Assembly (NCBI RefSeq): GCF_044324785.1
Contig: NZ_CP172127.1
Direction: 5' to 3' (one strand)
Source of the DNA: Escherichia coli
GTDB taxonomy: Bacteria; Pseudomonadota; Gammaproteobacteria; Enterobacterales; Enterobacteriaceae
DNA: 64,000 nt
The translations under genes were made by a program, and so were the position numbers. The notes beneath the pieces are model-generated. The model worked only from the letters and a program-made list of their open reading frames with translations. It did no database searches and had not been told where the DNA came from. Positions 44,505 through 58,498 of the stretch are shown here, piece after piece. The stretch's first letter is position 1. Every line of letters starts with the position of its first letter.

Positions 44505-46949
44505 TTACACCTTTTCAACCTGAACAAGGTTTGTATGTGACGGATTCCCCTTAGCGAGAGGAGACGGACGTTGAGTGGTCAGTACGTTGATACAACCGCC
44601 CTTATCGACACGTTTTGCATCCGGGTCATACCAGGCACCTTCACCCAGTGCGACCACACCCGGCATCATTCGTGGCGTCACTTTCGCCTCAATATGAACC
44701 TCACCACGGTCGTTAAAGATCCTGACCTTATCGCCGTTGTTGATACCGCGTTTTTGTGCATCAAGCGGGTTGATCCACATTTCCTGACGGCAAGCTGCTT
44801 TCAGCACATCAACGTTGCCGTAAGTTGAGTGAACGCGAGATTTATAGTGGAAGCCAGTAAGCTGCAGCGGATATTGTTTGTTCAGCGGATCCTGATAACT
44901 TTCAAAGCCCGGCGTGTAGATCGGCAGTGGATCGATCACGTCGCCTTCTGGCAATTCCCAGGTAGCGGCAATGTCAGCCAGCGCCTGCGAATAAATCTCA
45001 ATTTTACCCGATGGCGTGGTCAGTGGATTTGCCTGCGGATCTTCACGGAAGGCTTTATAAGCAACGTGATGCCCTTGTGGGTCGCGCTTTTTAAAGATCC
45101 CCTGCTTGCGGAACTCTTCAAACGTTGGCAGTTCAGGAATCGCTTCCCGCGACTGGGCATACAGATGCCGCATCCACTCTTCCTGGGTACGGCCTTCAGT
45201 AAACTGTTGCTCAACGCCAAGACGTTTTGCCAGTTCGCTGGTCATTTCATAGATGGTCTTACATTCAAAGCGCGGTTTAATCACCTGATCGTTGAAAATC
45301 ACGTAAGACATATTCCCGCAGGATGCATCCAGTGCAAAGTCCATCTGTTCGGAAGCGGTGCAGTCAGGTAGCAGGATGTCAGCATATTTCGCCGATGAGG
45401 TCATGTGGCAGTCGATAACCACAATCAGCTCGCACTTCTTATCATCCTGAAGGATTTCATGGGTACGGTTGATTTCAGAATGCTGGTTAATCAGGCAGTT
45501 ACCGGCATAGTTCCAGATCATTTTGATCGGCACATCCAGCTTATCTTTCCCGCGCACACCATCACGCAGCGCCGTCATTTCCGGGCCACGTTCAATGGCA
45601 TCGGTCCACATAAACATAGAAATGCTGGTCTGGATCGGGTTTTCGAGGGTCGGCATACGGACAAACGGTAAGCTGTATGAACCTTCACGCGCGCCGCTGT
45701 TCCCTCCATTAATACCAACGTTACCGGTCAGAATCGCCAGCATCGAGATAGCACGGGTTGCGATTTCACCGTTAGCGTGACGCTGCGGGCCCCATCCCTG
45801 GCTGATAAACGCCGGTTTGGTACTACCGATTTCACGAGCCAATTTGATGATTTTGTCTGCCGGAACACCGGTGATTTGCGAGGCCCATTCCGGCGTTTTA
45901 GCCACGCCATCTGGCCCTTCACCCAGAATATAAGCTTTATAGTGACCATTTTTCGGCGCACTGGCTGGCAGTGTTTTCTCGTCGTAGCCAACGCAATATT
46001 TATCGAGGAATGCCTGATCCACCAGGTTTTCGGTGATCATGACATACGCCAGACCGTTAACCAGTGCGGCATCTGTTCCCGGACGAATAGGGATCCACTC
46101 ATCTTCACGCCCGGCACCGGTGTCGGTATAGCGCGGATCGATGATGATCATGCGAGCATTAGATTTCTGGCGCGCCTGTTCAAGATAGTAAGTCACCCCA
46201 CCGCCACTCATTCGCGTTTCGCCAGGGTTATTACCAAACAGCACTACCAGCTTACTGTTTTCGATATCCGACGGGCTGTTACCATCTGCCCAGCCGCCGT
46301 AGGTATAGTTCAAACCTTCCGCAATTTGCGCGGAAGAGTAGTCACCGTAATGGTTCAGATAACCGCCGCAGCAGTTCATCAGGCGCGCGACCAGGGTATT
46401 TCCCGGCGGCCAGGAGCGGGTCATGGTACCGCCCAGCGTACCGGTGCCATAGTTCAGATAGATAGACTCGTTGCCGTACTCTTTGATAAGGCGCTGCATA
46501 TTGGTCGCGATGATGTCGTAGGCTTCTTCCCAGCTAATGCGCTCGAATTTGCCTTCACCGCGCGCCCCGACTCGTTTCATCGGATATTTCAGGCGGTCCG
46601 GATTGTAGACACGGCGACGCATGGAACGACCACGCAGACAGGCGCGCACCTGGTGCAGGCCGTCATAGTTGTCATCGCCAGTATTATCCGTTTCAACATA
46701 TTTGATTTCACCGTCCACGACGTGCATACGTAGCGGGCAGCGACTACCACAGTTAACTGTACAGGCGCTCCAGATAACCTTTTCGTCTGATTTTGTTGGA
46801 ATGGCGCTATCGACAGCGTGCGCAATCCGACTAAAAGGTAATGTTAATGCGCTGCTGGCCATTGCCAGGCCGCCGATCGCTGTCGTTTTTACCAAACCAC
46901 GGCGACTCACCTCAGCAGCCAATACCGCATCAGGGATTTTCGTTTTCAT
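44505..46949 (-). CDS. dmsA: DMSO reductase catalytic subunit (molybdopterin; Tat signal)
   Basis: 814 aa; twin-arginine leader ...SRRGLVKTTAIGGLAMA... Confidence 0.95.
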   Translation of the reverse strand: MKTKIPDAVLAAEVSRRGLVKTTAIGGLAMASSALTLPFSRIAHAVDSAIPTKSDEKVIWSACTVNCGSRCPLRMHVVDGEIKYVETDNTGDDNYDGLHQVRACLRGRSMRRRVYNPDRLKYPMKRVGARGEGKFERISWEEAYDIIATNMQRLIKEYGNESIYLNYGTGTLGGTMTRSWPPGNTLVARLMNCCGGYLNHYGDYSSAQIAEGLNYTYGGWADGNSPSDIENSKLVVLFGNNPGETRMSGGGVTYYLEQARQKSNARMIIIDPRYTDTGAGREDEWIPIRPGTDAALVNGLAYVMITENLVDQAFLDKYCVGYDEKTLPASAPKNGHYKAYILGEGPDGVAKTPEWASQITGVPADKIIKLAREIGSTKPAFISQGWGPQRHANGEIATRAISMLAILTGNVGINGGNSGAREGSYSLPFVRMPTLENPIQTSISMFMWTDAIERGPEMTALRDGVRGKDKLDVPIKMIWNYAGNCLINQHSEINRTHEILQDDKKCELIVVIDCHMTSSAKYADILLPDCTASEQMDFALDASCGNMSYVIFNDQVIKPRFECKTIYEMTSELAKRLGVEQQFTEGRTQEEWMRHLYAQSREAIPELPTFEEFRKQGIFKKRDPQGHHVAYKAFREDPQANPLTTPSGKIEIYSQALADIAATWELPEGDVIDPLPIYTPGFESYQDPLNKQYPLQLTGFHYKSRVHSTYGNVDVLKAACRQEMWINPLDAQKRGINNGDKVRIFNDRGEVHIEAKVTPRMMPGVVALGEGAWYDPDAKRVDKGGCINVLTTQRPSPLAKGNPSHTNLVQVEKV

Positions 46950-47119
46950 AATGGCTCACTCAAGCTTGCTCACGATTGATTCCAGTAACAAACCGTATTG
47001 TGTAATTATTTCTATAGCAGGTCGCTATATAGGCTTGTATACATCGAATAATTTGAAAATCAAAGAGATAGGTAGATTTTCACTCGAAAGTAGTATTACG
47101 TGTAAGTGAGGAGTAATTA

Positions 47120-47133
47120 TTGTTCGGTATCAA
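47120..47133 (-). promoter_or_regulatory. FNR site upstream of dmsA (TTGATACCGAACAA on the minus strand)
   Basis: Matches TTGAT-N4-ATCAA with one half-site variant; upstream of the anaerobically induced dms operon. Confidence 0.6.
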
Positions 47134-47140
47134 AGGGAGA

Positions 47141-47170
47141 CAAAAAAAGCGCCCGCAGGCGCTTTTTAGA
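47141..47170 (-). terminator. Rho-independent terminator downstream of serS
   Basis: AAAGCGCCTGCGGGCGCTTTTTTT on the minus strand. Confidence 0.75.
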
Positions 47171-47187
47171 TTCAGAAAAATTGGGTA

Positions 47188-48501
<1,314 letters not shown>

Positions 48502-48570
48502 TTAAATGGGAGATGTGGCCACAGCCTGCGACCACAGGGATACAGTAACAACATTACCGCAACGATAACA

Positions 48571-49914
48571 TTAACGGTAGCGTTTTATGGGGCTATTTTG
48601 ATCCTGTTCAGCCAGCCAGGCGAGCTTTTCGCCAATCTTGCCTTCAAGGCCCCTGTTTGTCGGGAAATAATAGCGTGTTTGTGCTATTTCCGGCGGGAAG
48701 TAAACCTCACCGGCAGCATAAGCGTTTGCTTCATCATGAGCGTAACGATATTCCTGCCCGTAGCCCATTTCCTTCATTAATTTCGTCGGCGCATTACGCA
48801 AATGAACCGGCACGTCATAATCCGGACGTTCGCGAGCATCCGCCAGCGCGGCTTTAAACGCAGTGTAGACAGCGTTGCTTTTTGGCGCGCAGGCCAGGTA
48901 AACAATCGCCTGAGCAATGGCGCGTTCACCTTCCGCCGGGCCCACTCGGGTAAAGCAATCCCAGGCCGCAATTGCCACCTGCATCGCTCGTGGGTCAGCA
49001 TTACCAACGTCTTCCGACGCTATCGCCAGACAGCGACGCGCAACATATAACGGATCGCCACCGGCGGTAATAATTCGCGCATACCAGTACAGCGCCGCAT
49101 CGGGTGCGCTACCACGTACCGACTTATGCAGCGCAGAGATCAGATCGTAAAAGCGATCGCCTTTGTTATCAAAGCGGGCGCTACGTTCACCAGCGATTTC
49201 GGTCAGTAATTCAGGCTTCAGGACACGCTTGCCGCAGTCATCAACTTCGGCCATATCCGCCATCATTTCCAGCGTATTCAACGCCCGGCGCGCGTCACCA
49301 TTCACCAGTTCAGCAATGGCGCGTCGCGTTTCATCTGGCAGAACTATATCCTGACCACCATAGCCACGGGTTTTGTCTTCCATCGCCTGAGTAAGCACCT
49401 GCTCAATATCCTCTGTACTCAGGGATTTCAGCAGATAGACACGGGCACGGGAAAGCAGTGCCGAGTTAAGTTCAAACGACGGGTTTTCAGTGGTTGCGCC
49501 AATAAAAGTGATGGTGCCGTCTTCAATATGTGGCAGAAATGCATCCTGCTGGCTTTTGTTGAAACGGTGAACTTCGTCAACAAAAAGAATAGTGCGGCGA
49601 CCAGCATTGCGGTTTTGCCGAGCGCGCTCGATCGCCTCGCGAATCTCTTTCACGCCAGAAGTAACGGCAGAAATACGTTCCACATCAGCGTTCGCATAGC
49701 GGGCAATCACTTCAGCGAGGGTTGTTTTGCCGGTACCCGGTGGCCCCCAGAGGATCATAGAATGCAAATGCCCGGCTTCGATAGCACGCGGCAACGGCTT
49801 CCCCGCAGCCAACAAATGTTGTTGGCCGATATACTGTGCTAAATTTTCTGGCCGCATACGCGCGGCCAGAGGTTGAAAAGTATTATCCGAAAAATCGAGC
49901 GACAGATTGCTCAC
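48571..49914 (-). CDS. rarA: Replication-associated recombination protein A (AAA+ ATPase)
   Basis: 447 aa; Walker [10 protein letters not shown]. Confidence 0.95.
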   Translation of the reverse strand: MSNLSLDFSDNTFQPLAARMRPENLAQYIGQQHLLAAGKPLPRAIEAGHLHSMILWGPPGTGKTTLAEVIARYANADVERISAVTSGVKEIREAIERARQNRNAGRRTILFVDEVHRFNKSQQDAFLPHIEDGTITFIGATTENPSFELNSALLSRARVYLLKSLSTEDIEQVLTQAMEDKTRGYGGQDIVLPDETRRAIAELVNGDARRALNTLEMMADMAEVDDCGKRVLKPELLTEIAGERSARFDNKGDRFYDLISALHKSVRGSAPDAALYWYARIITAGGDPLYVARRCLAIASEDVGNADPRAMQVAIAAWDCFTRVGPAEGERAIAQAIVYLACAPKSNAVYTAFKAALADARERPDYDVPVHLRNAPTKLMKEMGYGQEYRYAHDEANAYAAGEVYFPPEIAQTRYYFPTNRGLEGKIGEKLAWLAEQDQNSPIKRYR

Positions 49915-49924
49915 TCAGGTGCCT

Positions 49925-50536
49925 CTACTTACGTTGATCATCTACCGTGACGCCTTGCGGCGGGGTGAAGGTAAATTTCGCTGCATCCACAGCCCCATTT
50001 TGCTGGGATTTCAGTTGATAACTGCTGCGCTGATCGTCCTGCTCCACCGCGCTAAACTGATGGATTGTGCCATCACGTCCCACGTTAATGGTGAACTGCT
50101 TCAGATTGCCATTGCTGGCTTTCGGCGTCAGGACAAAGTCATCGCCATTCTGTTTGATATTGTACTGCTGCCAGTCGCTGGACTGGTTGCGGGCAATCAG
50201 CATAAACGGCGTATTACCGGTGGCATCTTTCAGCCAGGTTGCCGTAGCTTGCTCAACGAACGGGTTATAGAACCACAGTGTTTTACCGTCAGAAACCAGA
50301 ATGCTTTCATCAGGTTGAGTCATATGCCAGTTGAATAAGTTTGGACGTTTCACCCACAGATCGCCCTGACCTTCCTGCACCGCCGCGCCGCTACCGTCAG
50401 TCACTTTTTGTGTGAAGCTGGCGTGGAAGCTGCTGACTTTATCCAGGCGGCTTTTCAGATCGCTTGCGGCATCAGCCCAAACGCTGCTTGCTACTAAGCT
50501 TGAGAGTAATGCACAGGTGATGGCAATTTTTTTCAT
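49925..50536 (-). CDS. lolA: Outer-membrane lipoprotein carrier protein LolA
   Basis: [45 protein letters not shown]... Confidence 0.95.
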
Positions 50537-50666
50537 CATTATTCCTCAAATTACGTCACTCCCGACCGGGAGTTCCCTCTACTCTCTATTCCAGGCTAAT
50601 AATCAGCTTGAGGAAAGAAGAAAATACTGAATTTTCAGTTGATAGAGTGCCGGATGCAACGCTACC

Positions 50667-51421
<755 letters not shown>

Positions 51422-51525
51422 ATCAGCATACTTGTCCTTAGCCTTCTGCAGTGACAGCTGGTAGTACAGCGTGCTTCTGGCCAGCCCTGCAGCCTTTAAC
51501 AGGTCAGACTGGCAGTGTCCGCACC

Positions 51526-52047
51526 TCAGGCTCCGGATGACTTTCGTTTTTTCTCCAGCTCCTGGCGCTTTTTTTCCAGGAGATGCTCCTGCATGGCTTT
51601 CAGATATGCATTTTCTGCGCGAAGATAACGCAGCTCATTCTTCATCTCTTCCGGCGTCATGTTTGCCTCGTTTTCATGGGTATCATCAGAACGGGTCATG
51701 CTTTTCTCCTTCCTGCGCCTGATAAAGGCCTCATTACCAGATTTGCGGTAGCCTTTTATCCAGTTTTTAACCGTGTTGTGGCTGGGAATGTTAAACCGGG
51801 CAGCTACCCGGGGTAGAGACTCAGAATGCCCGAGAGCATAAAGAACCACGCAAAGTTTATCTTCAGGAGAATAGCTACGCTTGTGTCTGCAATCCAGTGC
51901 CCGAGGACCGTGAAGAAGAAAAAGATTAATCCAGTGTGAGAGGCTGGTGTGAGAAAGTTGAAAGAGTTTTGCCGTAGAAATGATGCCTGCATGACCAGCC
52001 AGGTAATGATTTACAGCGGCAAGTTTTACTTCAAATGAATGTTTCAT
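51526..52047 (-). CDS. insJ: IS150 OrfA (InsJ; helix-turn-helix)
   Basis: MKHSFEVKLAAVNHYLAGHAGIISTAKLFQLSHTSLSHWINLF... Confidence 0.85.
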   Translation of the reverse strand: MKHSFEVKLAAVNHYLAGHAGIISTAKLFQLSHTSLSHWINLFLLHGPRALDCRHKRSYSPEDKLCVVLYALGHSESLPRVAARFNIPSHNTVKNWIKGYRKSGNEAFIRRRKEKSMTRSDDTHENEANMTPEEMKNELRYLRAENAYLKAMQEHLLEKKRQELEKKRKSSGA

Positions 52048-52130
52048 AAACTGCACCTTCAGATGTCAGATTATGTCCAACATTTGGGGTGCAGTTCATA
52101 CCGCGCCTTATCCGGCCTACGATGCATTAA

Positions 52131-55100
52131 TTAGTCAAACGGCGGTGGGGCCAGCACTTCACGATTACCGTTGTGCCCCTGTTCGCTGACAATCCCCTGC
52201 GCTTCCATCTGTTCGATAATACGCGCTGCACGGTTATAACCAATGCGGAACTGACGCTGTACGCCAGAAATTGATGCTTTGCGTTTTTCAGTGACAAACT
52301 GCACCGCCTGATCGAACAACGGATCCAGTTCTTCAGCGCCATCGAAACCGCCCGCGCCACCTTCGCTTTCACTGTCGGAGGTGATGCCATCAACATACTG
52401 TGGGCGACCACGCGCTTTCCAGTCCTGCACCACGGCATGAACTTCCTGATCGCGAACAAAAGCACCATGAACACGTACCGGCAACGTGGAGTTCGGCCCA
52501 GAGTAAAGCATATCCCCCATACCCAGCAGTGATTCCGCGCCAGCCTGATCAAGAATGGTACGTGAGTCAATCTTACTGGATACGGTAAAGGCGATACGGG
52601 TCGGAATATTCGCTTTAATCAGACCAGTAATAACATCAACCGATGGACGCTGCGTTGCCAGTACGAGGTGGATACCCGCGGCACGGGCTTTTTGCGCCAG
52701 ACGTGCTATCAGCTCTTCCACTTTTTTACCTACCGTCATCATCAGGTCGGCAAATTCGTCCACCAACACCACAATGTACGGTTCTTTTTTCAGCACCGGA
52801 TGCTGGGCATCCATACTGTCACCCGGCTTCCAGTACGGGTCTGGAATCGGACGCATCATCCTATCGGCTTCAGCAATTTTTTCGTTATAACCCGCCAGAT
52901 TACGCACACCCAGCGCAGACATCAGTTTATAACGACGCTCCATCTCGTTAACACACCAGCGCAGCGCGTTGGCGGCATCTTTCATATCAGTAACGACTTC
53001 CGTTAACAGATGCGGGATGCCTTCATAAACCGAAAGCTCCAGCATTTTCGGGTCGATCATGATGAAACGCACATCTTCTGGCTGTGCTTTATAAAGCATG
53101 CTCAGGATCATCGCGTTCACACCGACAGACTTACCGGAACCGGTAGTCCCCGCAACCAACAAGTGCGGCATTTTCGCCAGATCGGCAACCACCGGCTCAC
53201 CGGCGATATCTTTACCCAGCACCACGGTTAATGGCGACGGATTATCGCGGAATTTGGCGTTATCCAAAACTTCGCGCAGATATACGGTTTGTCGTTTTTT
53301 ATTCGGTAACTCCAGACCTACATAGGGTTTGCCAGGAATAACTTCAACGACACGCACCGCCACCGTCGAAAGTGAACGGGCAAGGTCCCGTGACAAGTTA
53401 GAAATGCGCGCCGCTTTTACGCCCGGTGCCAGGTTCAATTCAAAGCGAGTGATAACCGGCCCCGGAGAATAATTGACGACATCGGCTTTAATACGGAAAT
53501 CAGCCAGACGCGCTTCCACCAGACGCGCCATTTGTTCAAGCGCAAAGGTATCTACCGGCTCCACTTCGCTCGGCGGAGGTGTCAGCAAATCCAGAGAAGG
53601 CAGCGGCGTCGTCGGTTTATGCAACGGACGGCTGTCGCCATTACGCATCAACAGCGGATGAAGCAGGGTATCCTGCGGCTGTGGCGCAACTGGCTGTTGT
53701 GGCTGCTGATACTGCGGCTGCGGTGCAACCGGTTGTTGTGGCTGCTGATACTGCGGCTGCGGCGCAACCGGTTGTTGTGGCTGCTGATACTGCGGCTGCG
53801 GTGCAACCGGTTGTTGCGGCTGCTGATATTGTGGCTGCGGCGCAACCTGCTGTTGTGGCTGCTGATACTGCGGCTGCGGCGCAACCGGCTGTTGCGGCTG
53901 CTGATATTGCTGCTGTGGCGCAACCGGCTGTTGTGGCTGCTGATACTGCTGCTGCGGTGCAACCGGTTGTTGCGGCTGCTGTACAGGTTCAACAATTGGC
54001 GTAAACAACGGTTCGTGTGGACCATCATCCAGCAACGCTTTCATTGGCGAAAATTCAAAATCATCCAGCGAGAACGGATTCGCCCCAGCCGGTTGTTCGC
54101 CGGAATAACGTTGTTGTTGAGTTTGCGCAAACTGACGAGCCAGTTCAGCCTCTGCCGCAGCATCTGCATCTTCTGCGTTTACGGGCACATCATGTTGATA
54201 CTGTTCGCCATAGCGTTGCTGCTGTGTCTGGGCGAACTGACGTGCCAGTTCATCCTGCTGCATCGCATCGATTTCATCATCGTTGTACTGATCGCCAGAA
54301 TCGTACTGATTGCGCTGGGCTTCACGGGCTTTTTCTTCCGCCGCACGCTGTGAGGGCAGCTTAATACCGTAAGACGCCAATTCACGACGAGTTGGCACGC
54401 GGATACGTTTCGGTCGTGGCAACTGCGGGCCAATCCCCTCTTTGACCTGCGGACGCGGTCCAGCGCTATTTGCCAGACTGAAGACTGGCGCGGCAACGGT
54501 TGCGGCAGCCCCCGTCGCCAGTGTCGCTTTTTTCACGCCAGATGCCAAAGGGGAAACAGCGGCAGCGGCTTCCACTGGAGGTACTGCTGCAACAGAAGGT
54601 GCTTTCAGCGAAGATTTGATCGGTTCTGGTTCTTTAACCGGTTCAGGAATCGGTTGATACCAGGCTGCAAGTTGTTCACGTTCACGGGCTCGCTTCTCTT
54701 CCACTTCTTCAAAGTAGTAAAGCGGCGGACGCGCGGGTTTTGTCTCTTCTACAACGGGTTCAGGCTCCACAACAGGCTGCTGTTCAACAGGTTGCGGCTG
54801 TTGGTACAACGGCTCCTGAGCGACTGGCTGCTGATAAGTTTGCTCAGTCTGGTATGTAGACTGTGGAGCAAAAGTGGATTGCTGCTCTTCGGCTTGCCAG
54901 GCGTTACCTGCCACCGATTGTTCTGGCGCAGGGGCGTAATACGGCTGTTGCGCAGACTGTTCCGCCGCAGTTGCATAATACGGCTGCTGAACAGGTTGTT
55001 CCGCCGCAGGCGCATAATACGGCTGCTGTGGCTGTACAGGTTGTTGCAGCGGCTCATTATATTGCACTGCAGGCTGCGCATATTGTGGCTGCTGTGGGTA

Positions 55101-56237
55101 ACCTTCCGGTGCAGGAGCAATCACCGGCTCTCCCGTTTGTGGCCCCGGTACAGGCTGCCAGGCTACTGTAGGTTGTGCAGGTGCAACATCAACAGAGGCA
55201 ACAGATGGCGTCTGAGTCACAGGTTCAACCGGTGCAGCCCAGCTTTGCGTCGCCGTGGTAGCAGCAGCTGCTACAGCAACAGGTTCGGTAATTGGCGCAC
55301 CGTTTAATAATGGATCGTACTCGTCATATTCTGGCTGCGTTGCACGATTGCCCGAAAAGAGGACGTCGTCAGGGTCGGCAGCCACACCGCGTGCAGTGTA
55401 GGTAATCTCTTCGTCATCATCCATCCGCTTACCGGAGAACAACGCAGCGTCTGTTTGCCGCCCCATCGGATTAATGAATTTTTCCGCCAACCGTTTACGA
55501 CGCGCTAGCGCGCCGCGAAGAATACGAGCACGGCGTGATTCATGCTGTTTGCCGTGATTTTCATCTTCATACTCTTCGTCATCTTCATACTCATCTTCAT
55601 CGACCCAGGTATCATCGCGACGGGTACGATTACTGGCGAAGGTGAGAATGTTTAAAATCCAGCCGCCGAGTTTTTCAGCAATGGTCACCCATGACCAACC
55701 GGTGAACAGCGTCAGACCCGCAGCCCAAACGCAGAGCAGCGCAATAGTTCCCCCGCTACTGTGTAGCAGTGGTTGTAGCGTAGTGCTTAGTAAGCTGCCA
55801 ATGACGCCACCGGAGGCAAAATACCAGATATCGTCAGCGTTGATTGCCGCCAGACCACAGGAGGTAAGGATGAGCGCCAAAACGCCAATGATGCGTAGCG
55901 AAACGGCAAAATAATCAATGTATTCGTCGCTGGACTGATGACGCCAGGCAAACCAACAACCGCCGACAATAATGACGGGAATGGTGTAAGCCATCACGCC
56001 AAAAATAAAGAACAGCGTATCTGCCAGCCATGCACCGGGCATCCCACCTAAATTATGGATAGGTTCATGCCAGGCCGTTTGCGACCAGCTGGGGTCCGAA
56101 GGGTTAAAGCTTAGTAAGGCAGCCATCAACCAGACGGCAAACAGGACAATAAGGATCAGCAACGCCTCCAGAAGGCGGCGGCCGCTACTTAACTTTGTCA
56201 ATGTGACTTCTTTGTCTTCAGTGTATTCCTGGCTCAA
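52131..56237 (-). CDS. ftsK: DNA translocase FtsK
   Basis: 1368 aa; N-terminal TM domain, long Pro/Gln-rich linker, C-terminal motor with Walker A GTTGSGKS. Confidence 0.97.
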   Translation of the reverse strand: MSQEYTEDKEVTLTKLSSGRRLLEALLILIVLFAVWLMAALLSFNPSDPSWSQTAWHEPIHNLGGMPGAWLADTLFFIFGVMAYTIPVIIVGGCWFAWRHQSSDEYIDYFAVSLRIIGVLALILTSCGLAAINADDIWYFASGGVIGSLLSTTLQPLLHSSGGTIALLCVWAAGLTLFTGWSWVTIAEKLGGWILNILTFASNRTRRDDTWVDEDEYEDDEEYEDENHGKQHESRRARILRGALARRKRLAEKFINPMGRQTDAALFSGKRMDDDEEITYTARGVAADPDDVLFSGNRATQPEYDEYDPLLNGAPITEPVAVAAAATTATQSWAAPVEPVTQTPSVASVDVAPAQPTVAWQPVPGPQTGEPVIAPAPEGYPQQPQYAQPAVQYNEPLQQPVQPQQPYYAPAAEQPVQQPYYATAAEQSAQQPYYAPAPEQSVAGNAWQAEEQQSTFAPQSTYQTEQTYQQPVAQEPLYQQPQPVEQQPVVEPEPVVEETKPARPPLYYFEEVEEKRAREREQLAAWYQPIPEPVKEPEPIKSSLKAPSVAAVPPVEAAAAVSPLASGVKKATLATGAAATVAAPVFSLANSAGPRPQVKEGIGPQLPRPKRIRVPTRRELASYGIKLPSQRAAEEKAREAQRNQYDSGDQYNDDEIDAMQQDELARQFAQTQQQRYGEQYQHDVPVNAEDADAAAEAELARQFAQTQQQRYSGEQPAGANPFSLDDFEFSPMKALLDDGPHEPLFTPIVEPVQQPQQPVAPQQQYQQPQQPVAPQQQYQQPQQPVAPQPQYQQPQQQVAPQPQYQQPQQPVAPQPQYQQPQQPVAPQPQYQQPQQPVAPQPQYQQPQQPVAPQPQDTLLHPLLMRNGDSRPLHKPTTPLPSLDLLTPPPSEVEPVDTFALEQMARLVEARLADFRIKADVVNYSPGPVITRFELNLAPGVKAARISNLSRDLARSLSTVAVRVVEVIPGKPYVGLELPNKKRQTVYLREVLDNAKFRDNPSPLTVVLGKDIAGEPVVADLAKMPHLLVAGTTGSGKSVGVNAMILSMLYKAQPEDVRFIMIDPKMLELSVYEGIPHLLTEVVTDMKDAANALRWCVNEMERRYKLMSALGVRNLAGYNEKIAEADRMMRPIPDPYWKPGDSMDAQHPVLKKEPYIVVLVDEFADLMMTVGKKVEELIARLAQKARAAGIHLVLATQRPSVDVITGLIKANIPTRIAFTVSSKIDSRTILDQAGAESLLGMGDMLYSGPNSTLPVRVHGAFVRDQEVHAVVQDWKARGRPQYVDGITSDSESEGGAGGFDGAEELDPLFDQAVQFVTEKRKASISGVQRQFRIGYNRAARIIEQMEAQGIVSEQGHNGNREVLAPPPFD
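53680..53990 (-). repeat. In-frame 39-bp tandem repeat array (about 8 copies) encoding ([13 protein letters not shown])n in the FtsK linker
   Basis: Near-identical 39-mers such as CTGCGGCTGCGGTGCAACCGGTTGTTGTGGCTGCTGATA repeated head-to-tail. Confidence 0.9.
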
Positions 56238-56315
56238 GAAAGGCTCTCCAGGTTACAGGCTTTTCCTGCCCGATGCTAAAACGGACAACAGTACCAGGTT
56301 ACCCCAGTACTGTTG

Positions 56316-56331
56316 CTGTATGGATTAACAG
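56316..56331. promoter_or_regulatory. LexA (SOS) box CTGTATGGATTAACAG upstream of ftsK
   Basis: Exact CTGT-N8-ACAG palindrome about 80-95 bp upstream of the ftsK start codon. Confidence 0.7.
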
Positions 56332-56371
56332 GAGTGTAATCAAAATACGCCGATTTTGCACCTGTTCCGTG

Positions 56372-56866
56372 TTAGCGCGTCTTAATAACCAGACGATTAC
56401 TCTGCTTGACTTCTTCCATAACAACGTATGTCCGTGTGTCATTGACGCCAGGCAGACGCAGCAGGGTTTCCCCCAGCAACTTACGGTAAGCTGACATATC
56501 CGGCACGCGTGTTTTCAACAGGTAGTCGAAATCACCGGATACTAAATGACACTCCTGAATTTCTTCAAGTTTTTGTACAGCGGTATTGAATTGTTCAAAC
56601 ACATCCGGTGCGCCACGATTCAGAGTAATCTCAACGAATACCAGAAGTGATGCATCCAGATAATGAGGGTTCAGCAGCGCCGTATAGCCCTGAATAAACC
56701 CTTGTCTTTCCAGCCGACGCACACGCTCAAGGCACGGCGTTGGGGAAAGTCCCACACGTTTAGAAAGCTCGACGTTAGAAATACGCCCATCCTTTTGCAA
56801 CTCATTAAGAATGTTACGATCGATACGGTCGAGATCTTTGCCAGGGCGCTTCTTGCTATCTACCAT
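56372..56866 (-). CDS. lrp: Leucine-responsive regulatory protein
   Basis: MVDSKKRPGKDLDRIDRNILNELQKDGRISNVELSKRVGLSPTPCLERVRRLERQG... Confidence 0.98.
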   Translation of the reverse strand: MVDSKKRPGKDLDRIDRNILNELQKDGRISNVELSKRVGLSPTPCLERVRRLERQGFIQGYTALLNPHYLDASLLVFVEITLNRGAPDVFEQFNTAVQKLEEIQECHLVSGDFDYLLKTRVPDMSAYRKLLGETLLRLPGVNDTRTYVVMEEVKQSNRLVIKTR

Positions 56867-57293
56867 TATTATTGTCTCTCTGTATTCCTTCCCTACTCCT
56901 GTCTGACCCTGAAACATCACTGTTCAGAGTCGCTACCCGTCACGATAGACCGAAATCATGAAGATTCACGGCGCGCAATGCCTGGGTCTACGGTGAGAAG
57001 ACCGTTGCCTTGTGGCAGCTATCGACATCACGAATGGCGTCTGTCCACGCCATACGTAGATTTCACTAGCACGGTAAACATGGTATTTACATGCATGGTT
57101 ATGCGCATATAAGAATACTGTTTTTTTTCTTCCTCGAATGTTTTCGCAAAACACCAGGGGATTGTCAAAGCAAAACATCGATTTTTAGTACAACATGCCA
57201 GATATTCATTACCAGGGGCGTTTATTCATCATTTAATCGGCTTATAAAGCGGGAAATTTAAGTAGCAGAGGTGATAATGACGGGAGAATTTGA

Positions 57294-58376
<1,083 letters not shown>

Positions 58377-58403
58377 TTTTACAAATCAGTAACAAAAGTA
58401 AAG

Positions 58404-58442
58404 AAGGCGACACCATGCGACTATGGGTCGCCTTTATTTTTT
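58404..58442 (+). terminator. Rho-independent terminator downstream of trxB
   Basis: AGGCGAC...GTCGCCT hairpin followed by TTTATTTTTT. Confidence 0.65.
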
Positions 58443-58498
58443 CCTCGTTGTAACATTGCTCTGCAAATAATTCTGATAACTCACCTGCTAAGCGTGCA

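Noticed and set aside
53680-53990. Possible CRISPR array suggested by regularly spaced repeats
   Set aside because: Repeats are contiguous with no unique spacers, are in frame within ftsK and encode a Pro/Gln-rich linker; no cas genes or leader.
53532-54353. 273-aa plus-strand ORF and 141-aa alanine-rich ORF over the ftsK repeat region
   Set aside because: Generated by the 39-bp tandem repeat read in alternative frames or antisense; the ftsK frame is the only one with conserved flanking domains.
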